A stretch of DNA of 64,000 nt, from positions 10,960,413 to 11,024,412 of the forward strand of contig NC_134028.1 in assembly GCF_964204645.1 (NCBI RefSeq), read 5' to 3'. The notes beneath the pieces were generated by a model. The model saw only the letters and a list, made by a program, of their open reading frames with translations. It had not been told where the DNA came from and made no database searches. The position numbers and the translations under genes are program-made. Positions 18,467-32,500 of this stretch are shown here, piece after piece (the first letter of the stretch is position 1; each line of letters opens with the position of its first letter). The stretch is from Tubulanus polymorphus (taxonomy: Eukaryota > Animalia > Nemertea).

Positions 18467-19314
18467 TAGTCAGTAACCTGTCTGTGGTTTAGTTTCACAA
18501 TCGGATATTTTCACAAACCACAGTCAGGAATGGGAAGGTCATTTTTGTATGAAATCTTCGTCAGCCAATTTGACTGACGAGTAATTTGCCTGGCATTTCA
18601 TTGTCTCTTAAGATATCCGTCTAATTTTTGTTGTAATCGATGCACAACAGATTCGTAGTTTGTGTGATACCTATAACACCTCACCTGACGATCTTAATCC
18701 ATGTGCAAATCGGCCGTAAAGTGAGAGTAAATTTCCGTCCAGTCAACAGCTGCCATTTTGAAAATTACTGGAGGTGCTGGCATCTGTGGACTGAGGCCAG
18801 GACAACAGCACAAACTAACGAAGCGAAACGACGAAATTAAAAAAAATTAAGAAATCAACACTTATTCACATTTTTCTTTAACCAGAAATTTATTATTTCA
18901 TTATTTGTTATGGAAAACACGAAGATTTGAAATATAAGTTTGAAAACCATCAAAAATAAAAATTGTCGTTTCGTCTTGGAAGTTTTATATAAATCCTTGT
19001 AGGTCCCCTTGTCTCATCATGCCACATGTGCAATACAGAGAAATGGCGGCCAATGGCGAAATTTGTGGAGAAATTAATTAATTTCTCAAAATTATGTTGA
19101 TTAATCACTCGAAACATACATAAAATTGGATTATTTCGAAAGGTACCTGTGTTAGTTTGTGAATTAAGCCATTAATTGTGGACTGAAGTGAATAGAAAGT
19201 ATATTTTTGAAGTGTTACTTTTTTCAACCGTGTTTTGGTCCTTGTCATCCCTAACGTTGGTATAAGCCCATCCGACTATAAAAAGCTTACCACCAACGAT
19301 TAGGTAACTAACTA
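18467..19314. mobile_element. Non-autonomous DNA transposon, copy 3
   Basis: Same termini as copy 2; 9 bp TSD CCCCACCAG. Confidence 0.93.
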
Positions 19315-20100
19315 CCCCACCAGCTGCACGATTGGGCGCTGAGTGTGCTGGGTCCCCCCCACCAGCTGCACGGATGGGGCGCCGAGTGTGCTGGGTTTGG
19401 GAGGGAGGGGGATCTGCCGTGCCAGTTTAGTGAACAATCTACAATGTCATCAGAACGTCCATCATCAAGAGACGGATTGAAAGAATTCGACACTGATAAT
19501 TCATTAATTCATTCAATAAAGATTTACCTTCAAAAATTAGAGAACCCGGAAATAAATTTGACGGACTAGAGCGACGACCTTAGGGGTTTTCAATCATCTC
19601 CTAACCGAGGAGAACATCAGCCCAGCGGGCACCAGTCTAATTATGAATCAAGAAGGGATTTATAAAAAATATTATTTCAGGTGTAAATATACGTTAAAAA
19701 TACTTCTTTTATAATGTAAAACGTTTTTTCAGACTTTTTTTGTTTGTTTTTAAATAGTTTTAGCCACAGAATGAGATTTTAATTGAGAACTATATCAACA
19801 AACTTGCGCTGTGTAGGCACATTTTGGCAGCGGTAAAGCGGTTTTAGTGCTGCCATCTTAAGGAGATCCGCCGAACTTATGGGAATCCTAAGGGGAAAAC
19901 CCTGGGAAAGCCGGAACCAATGGGGACACCGGATATGGATCATATTGGGAAACCCGGAAGTAACGGAGATACCGGAAGTTTAAGGAAATGCGGAAATAAT
20001 GAGGATTTCTGACATTGGGAAACCCGGAAATCGGTGCGGCCGATCACGTAACCATCAGACGAGATCAGGGAGGAGGTGATTTTATCTGCGTTGTTTGATT

Positions 20101-20321
20101 TACGGAAGCCCCTAGGTGACAAACGAGATAATTTCGACATAATAAGTCGAATTTCGTGTTAATTAAGTCGAATTTCGACTTAATAAGTCGAAATTCGACA
20201 TGAAAATAAAACTCGAAATTCGACTTAATTAACACGAAATTCGACTTATTATGTCGAAATTCGACTTAATAAGTCGAAATTGTGAAAAAACTTTCTCGTA
20301 TGTCACCTAGGGGCTTCCGTA
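20101..20321. mobile_element. MITE, Tc1/mariner-like (TA-flanked)
   Basis: TIR TACGGAAGCCCCTAGGTGACA ... TGTCACCTAGGGGCTTCCGTA, with internal AAGTCGAAATTCGACTT repeats. Confidence 0.85.
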
Positions 20322-20554
20322 TTGATTTTAAAGCATCAGTAATTTATAAAATAGAATTTAAATTGGGAAATAAGACGCAGATGAGACGAATCCCTGCTCT
20401 ATAAAGGACAGACCGGGTTAACTCCAACTCTTCTTTTCTGACCTATTATTTGTTGACTAACTGCTCCGTGAACTGAGCTCCTACTACAATACAATTCACG
20501 ACAATGATGTTGAATTTTCATTTTCATTTTTACAGTTCTGATAAGGAATAAAAG

Positions 20555-22549
<1,995 letters not shown>

Positions 22550-22658
22550 CTACGCGTTACTATGGAAATATATGGTTACTAGGGAGATTTCTGATAACCA
22601 TGGAGATGTCTATGTCGCTATGGAGATGTAACAGGTTCTTTTATAAATCATGTACAAC

Positions 22659-22894
22659 TAATAAGATAAAAACCCACTATCTACAGATTAAAGCAATTTA
22701 AAAACAAGAATTTATTAATTCGAACAATCTAAAATATATAAAATACACAATGTTTCGATCTCACACCTGACGATGATCTCTAGGGTGAGATCGAAATGCC
22801 GTGTATTCTATATATTTTAGATTGTTCGAATAATTAAATAAATTCTTATTTTTAAATTCTTTTAATCTATAGATATTGGGTTTTTATCTTATTA
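22659..22894. mobile_element. Palindromic (fold-back) MITE in the SQOR 3' UTR
   Basis: Imperfect inverted arms of ~105 bp: TAATAAGATAAAAACCCA ... TGGGTTTTTATCTTATTA. Confidence 0.8.
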
Positions 22895-23464
22895 TCCGTT
22901 CACCACGTTTCAGTGCGGTTATCGTTCTATATATTGAGCTATTATATGTACAACTAATTTTTTTGTCCTCAATAAAATTTACAATCAATAAATCATTTTC
23001 CTACTTTAATTCTCTTCTTCATCTCATACTGCTTCTGGTAACTAATGGCAACGGTTCCTCTCCACTCCCTGTTTGAAATGGAGTATCTATAATTAACGGA
23101 TATCACCATGGAAACAAACAAAGCCTTTCATCCCTCGTGAATCGGCGACAAAAACAAAACTTCGCAAAATGTGAAACAAAAGTTTTTTAATTGTTGAATT
23201 TTTCCTGATTCTTAACAATAAAAATTAGAAAATTAAATTGGGTTAAAATCAAGACTGATCAGCGACGGCCGTGCTGTCTACTCCGGGATTAATGCAGGAT
23301 ATCGGTGCTGTGCTTGGAGAAAGCTGGCCGTGAAACTGGTCGACAGTCAGCTGGTGGCGGTAACCTGCTGAACATGTGGAAAAGAGGAGGAATTAACAGG
23401 AATTGTAACAACAGCTCATCAAGATATGTGAAACTACACGCAACACGCGGCTCAGAACGGCCTA

Positions 23465-23567
23465 TAGTCAGTAACCTGTCTGTGGTTTAGTTTCACGATC
23501 GGATATTTTCACATACCACACAAGTTGGTATAAGCCCATCCCATTAAAGCTTACCACCAACGATTAG
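23465..23567. mobile_element. Internally deleted ~100 bp derivative of the TAGT...ACTA element (second copy 29698-29800)
   Basis: The left ~55 bp and right ~45 bp of the 848 bp element are fused; the right TIR is truncated. Confidence 0.8.
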
Positions 23568-23575
23568 TAATGATG

Positions 23576-23940
23576 ACCTGATAAAGGTCTTAATAGGACC
23601 AGAAAGGACTGGCAGTCGACCTAAATCATCATTTTTTAATCCATTTGAAACTGTTTTGAAGGATATGCAAAAAGTCTTCACAGAAAGGGGTTAAATCAAA
23701 TAAATAGACTCCATGATTAGAAAGTTTAACAATATGTTTCCATGCCTACACACCAAACTTCAGTTGGTAGGCATGGAGACATATTGTTAAACTTTCAAAT
23801 CATGGAGTCACTTCTCTTCATTTAACCCCTTTCAGTGAAGACTTTTTGCATATCCTTCAAAACAGTTTCAAATGGATTAAAAACTGATGTTTTAGGTCGA
23901 CTGCCAGTCCTTTCTGGTCCTAATAAGACCTTTATCAGGT
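23576..23940. mobile_element. Long fold-back MITE (second copy 29809-30185)
   Basis: Inverted arms of ~170 bp: ACCTGATAAAGGTCTTAATAGGACCAGAAAGG ... CCTTTCTGGTCCTAATAAGACCTTTATCAGGT. Confidence 0.88.
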
Positions 23941-24252
23941 ATGTACTATCAAAAATGAGCGAGCTAGGCCACCAGGAATGCTCTCAAGTCAGGTTGAAAT
24001 AGACATTAGTACGGGTGGCCTAGTGACCGGATGTTGAGGGCACAAAATCTCATGAATTGTTATATACCAATATCAAAATTCGTACATTGAGAATCATTGC
24101 GGCTTTTAAGTCTTTATCAATTGAGAGACTTAAGGCCTTTTTATGAACCAGCAAAATCGAGATAGATTAGCTATTTAGATTATATAGGCCTTTAGTTTCT
24201 CTGTAAATAAAGAATTAGCTCCACCGTGCGCTATTTCCATATCAACCGTCTT

Positions 24253-24865
24253 GTGCTGCCCCTATGTATAACGATAGCGGGGAAAACGTGAACTAATATG
24301 ATACTCGCTTGCCAAAGTCTTTGAACGGAAGTCATGGACGAACTAATTACCGATATGCGGGCCGGATTCCGAGGAAAATTCTCAAAATCTTAAACTGCTC
24401 TGAAACAATTGAACCAAACAATTTTTCTATAAAAGATTTAACCTTAAAAGAGTAAATTTGAATCGGGATATTTCTAGTATCGTCTGGCAGAGAGCGACAG
24501 GTGTTTGTATGTTCTCCGCTTATTTGCACGCAACTAAAATAATATCGAAGGAAGATATGAAGATTTTGTTTATTCAGATGATAAATGATCATTCAAAAAT
24601 GTAAATGAATAATTTATTCTGTATATAAATACTAATTAATTGATGTGAAGTGAATTTTAGCTAAAAAAAATTGAATATTGTTACCTAAAAAGTAAGGAAA
24701 TATCATTCAAAAATTATAACATATTCATAGTATCATATTTAATCAGAATTAGGCGACACAGTTGTCCGTATTGTACGTAATAATGAGATGTATATTCCAG
24801 CGGTAAATATGCGCCGCTATTTTAGTTCACAGAAATTCCGCTATCGTTATTCATAGGGGCAGCAC
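24253..24865. mobile_element. Non-autonomous TIR element, Tc1-like ends (second copy 30452-31064)
   Basis: 28 bp TIR GTGCTGCCCCTATG(T/A)ATAACGATAGCGG with 1 mismatch; right end GCACTG|TA. Confidence 0.75.
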
Positions 24866-25439
24866 TGTACAGTTGAGATTTAGCTTAACCTCACTATCAT
24901 ACTGTGGCATGCGAGCAATATGGATATTTTCTTCGCCGGATTTCGTTCATTATTTAACTCGATTTCGTTGTTTATTAATTGTTCTATCAACTTTTAAGCT
25001 TCATCTAAGAGGATCTCATTTTTAAAACGATTTTCAAGCCATTTTTGATGGAACTCCTTTGTTCGCGGAATGTATTAGCATCCGGTAAAGCGGCAGACTC
25101 ACATGCCACAGGGAGAAATTGAAGCAAATTAAATTTTATTCTCAAATAATTGTGCATTTAACCAACCGTACCATCAACGTTGCAGCTCATGAACCATTTA
25201 ACATCCTATTTAGGTCGACCCTTCTTGGTCCGGGTTAAAATCAAACTCTCCCTTATGAAACCAACTACAAATTTGCGCCAAAAACTGAAAAAACTTCAGT
25301 TGAACCTCGTTTACCACAAATCTGTGTAAAGACGAAACCAGAAAAAAAATTCAGTAACAACCACCACAAAATTAGTGAATAATTTATAGATAAATTTATT
25401 CATTTCAGTCAAAAATGTATCATGCATCAGAGTTAAATA

Positions 25440-25820
25440 TCAAACTAAAGTCTTGCATAAAGCAAACATGTGATCAACGCCGCAATGAACTGACTGAACT
25501 AACCCAGGAATCGAAACCTGAAATCAGATTTACAATATCAGACATCAGATTTATGACGCATCAGTTTCACACATGTTTCTGGTGCGTTATGTTATTACAG
25601 TACAGTAGAGTCTGTTCCTAACTCAACAACTCTGAACCGTCGTGGAGAAATAAACTTGAAATTAAATTTCTTTCCAAAATATGGAGTGAGTGATGTTTTA
25701 GGAGTGTTTTAAATCTAGAGAAATCGAGACTTACCTTAAACGGAAAGAATTGATCGTCCATGTTTCCTAAACCTAAGGAGCCATGTTTATTTCTACCCCA
25801 CACGTACAAATCATTGTTAT
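25440..25820 (-). pseudogene. RCC1L: Orphan last two exons of RCC1-like G exchanging factor-like protein (RCC1L/WBSCR16), copy 1
   Basis: Exon 25735-25820 encodes DNNDLYVWGRNKHGSLGLGNMDDQFFPFK and exon 25440-25517 encodes VSIPGLVQSVHCGVDHMFALCKTLV*, with intact GT-AG sites. No upstream RCC1 repeats were found. Confidence 0.75.
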
Positions 25821-26339
25821 CTACAATATAATAACACTGTAAACAATGTAACATCATTCTAGACACTAAGCTAGGGATTGATAGAGAGAGGGAGCAGGGT
25901 TTATGTATAGAGGGAGTAGGATCAGGGAGTTTCACAGAGTAAGTAGGCTTAAGAATAGAGATAGTGTGTCTCAGAAATCCCTATCCCTATGAACTAGCAT
26001 GTCTCCAGCCTCGATTGCCTACGTACCTATTGATAACTATTAAGATGAGACATCAATTTCTAGCATTACTTCCATTAGTCACGGCTCTACTTGGTTCATC
26101 CTGGTTCATCTTGGTTTATCTGGGTTCGTCCTGGTTCATCTTGGTTTATCTGGGTTTGTCCTGGTTCAATCAATTCTCTACTGATTGTAGGTAAAGGGGG
26201 AATCAGTGACCATCATAACATCCGTCAATAGTTCCACCATATTGATGACAAACATCCTAAAAAATATACATTAACTTTATAAATGTGAGTTAGAGTTAGA
26301 GTTAAGTTTAGTTACCGGTGTATCAGAGAAATGGCAATC

Positions 26340-27130
26340 TAAGGTACCCCCAAAATGAGGGTTAGGGATCAAATATTTTTTGTCTCCAATTTCGATGAAA
26401 TTTAGTGTAGACATGTATTCTGGGGTGCTGATCACAAATCTGAAAGAATTTTTAGGATCCGAAGCCCCAAAAATGAGAAATTTGAATTCTTAGGCGTACC
26501 CCCTAAATTTTCAAAAGGCCCTGGGCCCCAGAGTTTTCGAGATATTCGAAATCTGATTGCAGATTTGGAATCAGCACCCCTGAAAATAGTAAGAACTAAA
26601 ATTTCAAGCAAATCGAAGAGATTCGATTTTTTGGCCAAAAACGGCAAAAATCTAAGGTTGTAAGTAAGTCCAGGAGTTTTTTTTGGGCGAAAAATTTTTT
26701 TTCCCTGATTCCTTCGAAACTTGGTAGGAAGATGTATTCTGGGGTGTAGATTACGGATCCGCACTCAGATTTTAAATCGGAATTCATCTTCGTTGGCAAA
26801 TAAGGGTTTTAATGCCCAAAATATGCACCCCAAAAATGGGGTACAAAGTCAAAATTTTTTCTTGGCCCAATCTTAATCAAATTTACTACAGACATGTTTA
26901 TTGGGGTGCTGATCACGAAAATGAAGTTAGTTTTTGGATCCGAGGCCCAAAAAATGAGAAATTCGAATTTTTCGGGGGGACCCCCTAGATTTTCAAAAGG
27001 CCTTGGACCCCGGATCTTTCGAGATATTCAAAATCTGATTGCAGATTTGCAATCCGCATCCCTTAAAATAGTAAGGACTAAAATTTCAAGCAAATCGAAG
27101 AGATTCGATTTTTTTGCCAAAAATCTAAGA
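26340..27130. mobile_element. Non-autonomous repeat with internal direct repeats (probable DNA transposon derivative; second copy ~32590-33380)
   Basis: A ~270 bp internal direct repeat (GGGGTGCTGATCAC ... AAGCAAATCGAAGAGATTCGATTTTT) at ~26390-26650 and ~26870-27125. No coding homology recognised. Confidence 0.6.
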
Positions 27131-29149
27131 AAGTTAGTTTTTGGATTGAAGTGCCAAACAAGAGAAATCCAGGATCTTATGTTTTTAGCCCCTTCAAATT
27201 GACCTGTTGATGTCTTTTTTACAGCTGATATGAAATATTAAATCAATTTTTAGATAGAAATTGATCAATAAACTAAAAAACCCATTAATTCTAGTAACTA
27301 TCACATGGTTTCAGACATCTACAAACATCTCTTTTCTCAAGAAGAAATTCAGTTATAACCAGGCACACAATTACTCAATGTATTAATGCTTGTATCTGTA
27401 TCAAATACAATCAATGATGCTAATAATTCCTAGTCACATTTTGTAAATTAAATAAATATTCAATTGTTGATGATCTTATTGATTTGTGTGATAATTCAGT
27501 CAGAAGAATTCGAGTCTAGCTCAGTCTCAGTTAGTGCACTATCGCAGCAAATTTACCCGAATTAACTTTGTTTATAATTACAGGGGTTTTCAAAGATGTC
27601 ACCAGTTGGAATTAAATTGATAATTTGTGTTGTTGTATTTACACAAATTACATTATAAGTGTGGGTATGTACAAGAAATAAGATTTTTTATTGTATTAAC
27701 TTTTGCCTTTAACTATTTTTTCAGTTTATCAGCCTAACTAAAATTTGAGTCAATCAGTTAATAATTATTTAAGAGTTGTCCGCGCTCTTCTGACCCGCCA
27801 CAAAACACTCAATGCTGTACAGTTTCTGGTAAGTTAATAAACTCACAATTATTTGCGATTGAATTGAATTGGTCACTTCAAGGCGATATTTTGGATTTAT
27901 TTTGAATAATTCGGCGGAAATATTCACTGAAATCGATCTATTTACTCGACTTCTAGATAATATCGTTCATATTTCTTCTTTAAACGTCTAAATCGCTCCG
28001 AAATCAGCATTTATAACGAATAAATTCGGTAAAAACGGCAAGAAATAAAACCGCGGAAGTCCCACATAATCTACGAGTCGCGCGTCTAGAAACCTCGCAT
28101 ACCTAGGCTAATTAGACCGTATTGTGCTGCCCTCACTGACTGTGGATATCGGGTGAACTAATTACCAAACGACATACAAATTAGCTTAATTTGATTCTAA
28201 TATTCTTTTTGTTTATTTTCAATCCCATTACACATGAAATAAAAGCAATATAGAGATGTAAAACAAAATTTCACTCCGATATTACATTGTACCGTACGGT
28301 GCTGCCACTAATTCTGAGTTGGCGGCTACCTCGCATACCGATGTCGCCTAAGTGCAATTTTACCCTACGGTGCTGCCCTCGCTCACAGCGGTGATTGGTA
28401 ACACTATCTGAAAAGCAGTGATATAGCCTTTTTACCGTACGGTGCTGCCACCACTATATCGACGGTAAACAGAAACACTATCAGCTTTTCCAGACTTATT
28501 CTAATAAAACTCGAAATGGTCTCGAAAACTTCTCCAACTGTTCGATAATAGAATTAATGAATAAAATGAAGTTTTTTCTAACGAATTCCACCTGAATTTT
28601 CGCCTCTGCTCGCACCGCTTGGCATTCATAATAATCGATATATTATATTAATTAATCTTGTTCTAGTCACAAAGCAATGATATGACATTAGATATCTTTC
28701 AGCAATGCATTCCTCATACAAAATACCTGTCTATAAATGATAAAACACGTCCAGATGGGGAAAAACTGGGGAAATTCATGTTTTAACTGAAAAAACCTCA
28801 GTGTTGTAGCGAGGTGGTGAGGACACTAGTACCATTCATTGCTGATGATGTAAACAGTTCAAACCAAAGAGAAAATCTGTGAGACTAAACAGATCTCATT
28901 TTCAAGTTCGACACGAAACAATTGAAACAATTTTTGAATTATTGGATTCTAATTTCATTCCTCGTGAATCGGCGACAAAAACAAAACTTCGCAAAATGTG
29001 AAATAAGTTTTTTAATTGTTGAATTTTTCCTGATTCTTAACAATAAAAATTAGAAAATTAAATTGGGTTAAAATCAAGACTGATCAGCGACGGCCGTGCT
29101 GTCTACTCCGGGATTAATGCAGGATATCGGACGGAGAGATGATCCTGGA

Positions 29150-29426
29150 TTAAGCGGGAGTATTAAGTCTTTTAGGTAAGAACGCAGACGTTCCAGTCGG
29201 TAAATCACCTCTTATTCTATACATCACATAGACGACAGCGCCACCTATTAGGAATCCTAGTACTGTAGTCAATACAGCGCATAGAGCCATCATACCTGAA
29301 ATAATCGATACACACTGAGAGTCCACAACCTTCAAATAGCTTTAGCCGATAGGACGACTTTACACCTATCTAAGATGGAACCAGGCTGCTAGGATACCAC
29401 CCAACAATCTAACTTAAGTCATCGCT
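29150..29426 (-). pseudogene. Duplicated terminal TM exons of the 35425-39414 gene, 5'-truncated next to a (TA)n tract
   Basis: Encodes the same MMALCAVLTTVLGFLIGG... exon and a partial copy of the first TM exon. Homology ends at ~29426; (TA)n at 29452-29480. Confidence 0.85.
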
Positions 29427-29446
29427 TATAATCAGTTAATCCTTGT

Positions 29447-29484
<38 letters not shown>

Positions 29485-29540
29485 CTATAACTATAGACAC
29501 TGTGGATTAACAGATTCTTGTTTTTACACAAAACGAGCCA

Positions 29541-32500
29541 CTGTGCTGGGAGAAAACCGACAGTGAAACTGGTCGACAGTCAGCTGGTGGCGGTAACCTG
29601 CTGAACATGTGGAAAAGAGGAGGAATTAACAGGAATTGTAACAACAGCTCATCAAGATTTGTGAAACTCCGCGCAACACACGGCTCAGAACGGCCTATAG
29701 TCAGTAACCTGTCTGTGGTTTAGTTTCACGATCGGATATTTTCACATACCACACAAGTTGGTATAAGCCCATCCCATTAAAGCTTACCACCAACGATTAG
29801 TAATGATGACCTGATAAAGGTCTTAATAGGACCAGAAAGGACTGGCAGTCGACCTAAATCATCATTTTTTAATCCATTTGAAACTGTTTTGAAGGATATG
29901 CAAAAAGTCTTCACAGAAAGGGGTTAAATCAAATAAATAGACTCCATGATTTGAAAGTTTAACAATATGTTTCCATGCCTACACACCAAACTACAGTTGG
30001 TAATGGTAGGCATGGAGACATATTCATATTGTTAAACTTTCAAATCATGGAGTCACTTCTCTTCATTTAACCCCTTTCAGTGAAGACTTTTTGCATATCC
30101 TTCAAAACAGTTTCAAATGGATTAAAAACTGATGATTTAGGTCGACTGCCAGTCCTTTCTGGTCCTAATAAGACCTTTATCAGGTATGTACTATCAAAAA
30201 TGAGCGAGCTAGGCTACCAGGAATGCTCTCAAGTCAGGTTGAAATAGACATTAGTACGGGTGGCCTAGTGTCCGGATGTTGAGGGCACAAAATCTCATGA
30301 ATTCTTATCTTTTTAACCAATATCAAAAATTCGTACATTTAGAATCATTGCGGCTTTTAAGTCTTTATCAATTTGAGAGACTTAGTTTCACTGTAAATAA
30401 AGTGAGAATTGAGCGCGCTCCACCGTGCGCAATTTCCATATCGACCGTCTTGTGCTGCCCCTATGTATAACGAAAGCGGGGAAAACGTGAACTAATATGA
30501 TACTCGCTTGCCAAAGTCTTTGAACGGTAGTCATGGACGAACTAATTACCGATATGCGGGCCGGATTCCTAAGAAAATTCTCAAAATCTTTAGCTGCCCT
30601 GAAACAATTGAACCAAACAATTTTTCTATAAAAGAATTAACCTTAAAAGAGTATATTTGAATCGGGATATTTCTAGTATCGTCTGGCAGAGAGCGACAGG
30701 TGTTTGTATGTTCTCCGCTTATTTGCACGCAACTAAAATAATATCGAAGGAAGATATGGAGATTTTGTTTATTCAGATGATAAATGATCATTCAAAAATG
30801 TAAATGAATAATTTATTCTGTATATAAATACTAATTAATTGATGTGAAGTGAATTTTAGCTAAAAAAAATTGAATATTGTTACCTAAAAAGTAAGGAAAT
30901 ATCATTCAAAAATTATAACATATTCATAGTATCATATTTAATCAGAATTAGGCGACACAGTTGTCCGTATTGTACGTAATAATGAGATGTATATTCCAGC
31001 GGTAAATATGCGCCGCTATTTTAGTTCACAGAAATTCCGCTATCGTTATTCATAGGGGCAGCACTGTACAGTTGAGATTTAGCTTAACCTCACTATCATA
31101 CTGTGGCATGCGAGCAATATGGATATTTTCTTCGCCGGATTTCGTTCATTATTTAACTCGATTTCGTTGTTTATTAATTGTTCTATCAACTTTTAAGCTT
31201 CATCTAAGAGGATCTCATTTTTAAAACGATTTTCAAGCCATTTTTGATGGAACTCCTTTGTTCGCGGAATGTATTAGCATCCGGTAAAGCGGCAGACTCA
31301 CATGCCACAGGGAGAAATTGAAGCAAATTAAATTTTATTCTCAAATAATTGTGCATTTAACCAACCGTACCATCAACGTTGCAGCTCATGAACCATTTAA
31401 CATCCTATTTAGGTCGACCCTTCTTGGTCCGGGTTAAAATCAAACTCTCCCTTATGAAACCAACTACAAATTTGCGCCAAAAACTGAAAAAACTTCAGTT
31501 GAACCTCGTTTACCACAAATCTGTGTAAAGACGAAACCAGAAAAAAAATTCAGTAACAACCACCACAAAATTAGTGAATAATTTATAGATAAATTTATTC
31601 ATTTCAGTCAAAAATGTATCATGCATCAGAGTTAAATATCAGACTAAAGTCTTGCATAAAGCAAACATGTGATCAACGCCGCAATGAACTGACTGAACTA
31701 ACCCAGGAATCGAAACCTGAAATCAGATTTACAATATCAGACATCAGATTTATGACGCATCAGTTTCACACATGTTTCTGGTGCGTTATGTTATTACAGT
31801 ACAGTAGAGTCTGTTCCTAACTCAACAACTCTGAACCGTCGTGGAGAAATAAACTTGAAATTAAATTTCTTTCCAAAATATGGAGTGAGTGATGTTTTAG
31901 GAGTGTTTTAAATCTAGAGAAATCGAGACTTACCTTAAACGGAAAGAATTGATCGTCCATGTTTCCTAAACCTAAGGAGCCATGTTTATTTCTACCCCAC
32001 ACGTACAGATCATTGTTATCTACAATATAATAACATCGCAAACATTGTAACATCATTCTAGACACTAAGCTAGGGATTGATAGAGAGAGGGAGCAGGGTT
32101 TATGTATAGAGGGAGTAGGATCAGGGAGTTTCACAGAGTAAGTAGGCTTAAGAATAGAGATAGTGTGTCTCAGAAATCCCTATCCCTATGAACTAGCATG
32201 TCTCCAGCCTCGATTGCCTACGTACCTATTGATAACTATTAAAATGAGACATTAATTTCTAGCATTTCTTCCATAAGTCACGGCTCTACTTGGTTCATCT
32301 TGGTTTATCTGGGTTCATCTTGGTTTATCTGGGTTCGTCCTGGTTCATCTTAGTTTATCTGGGTTCGTCCTGGTTCATCTTGCACCATCTGCTCCACTGC
32401 ATCAATGTCTGTATAATGTTCAAATCAATTCTCTACTGATTGTAGGTAGACCAGTGACCATCATAACATCCGTCAATAGTTCCACCATATTGATGACAAA

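Larger units (their letters stand above)
17326..19395. repeat. GC-rich minisatellite (CCCCCCACCAGCTGCACGATTGGGCGCTG[AGTGTGCTG]GGT)n, interrupted by two transposon copies
   Basis: Units at 17326-17407, 18255-18466 and 19315-19395. Confidence 0.88.
23308..29426. repeat. Segmental tandem duplication, copy A (~6.1 kb)
   Basis: Colinear with and highly similar to 29541-35701 (offset ~6.2 kb). Paired ORFs include 24347/30546, 25618/31817 and 29150/35425. Confidence 0.95.

Noticed and set aside
18112-18840. Overlapping Gly/Pro-rich ORFs and short ORFs inside the 848 bp element
   Set aside because: Derived from the GC minisatellite and the non-coding transposon interior.
26432-27202. ORFs in the repeat at 26.4-27.2 kb (and 32.7-33.3 kb) as a transposase
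   Set aside because: Short, not conserved in frame between the two copies, and no DDE motif.
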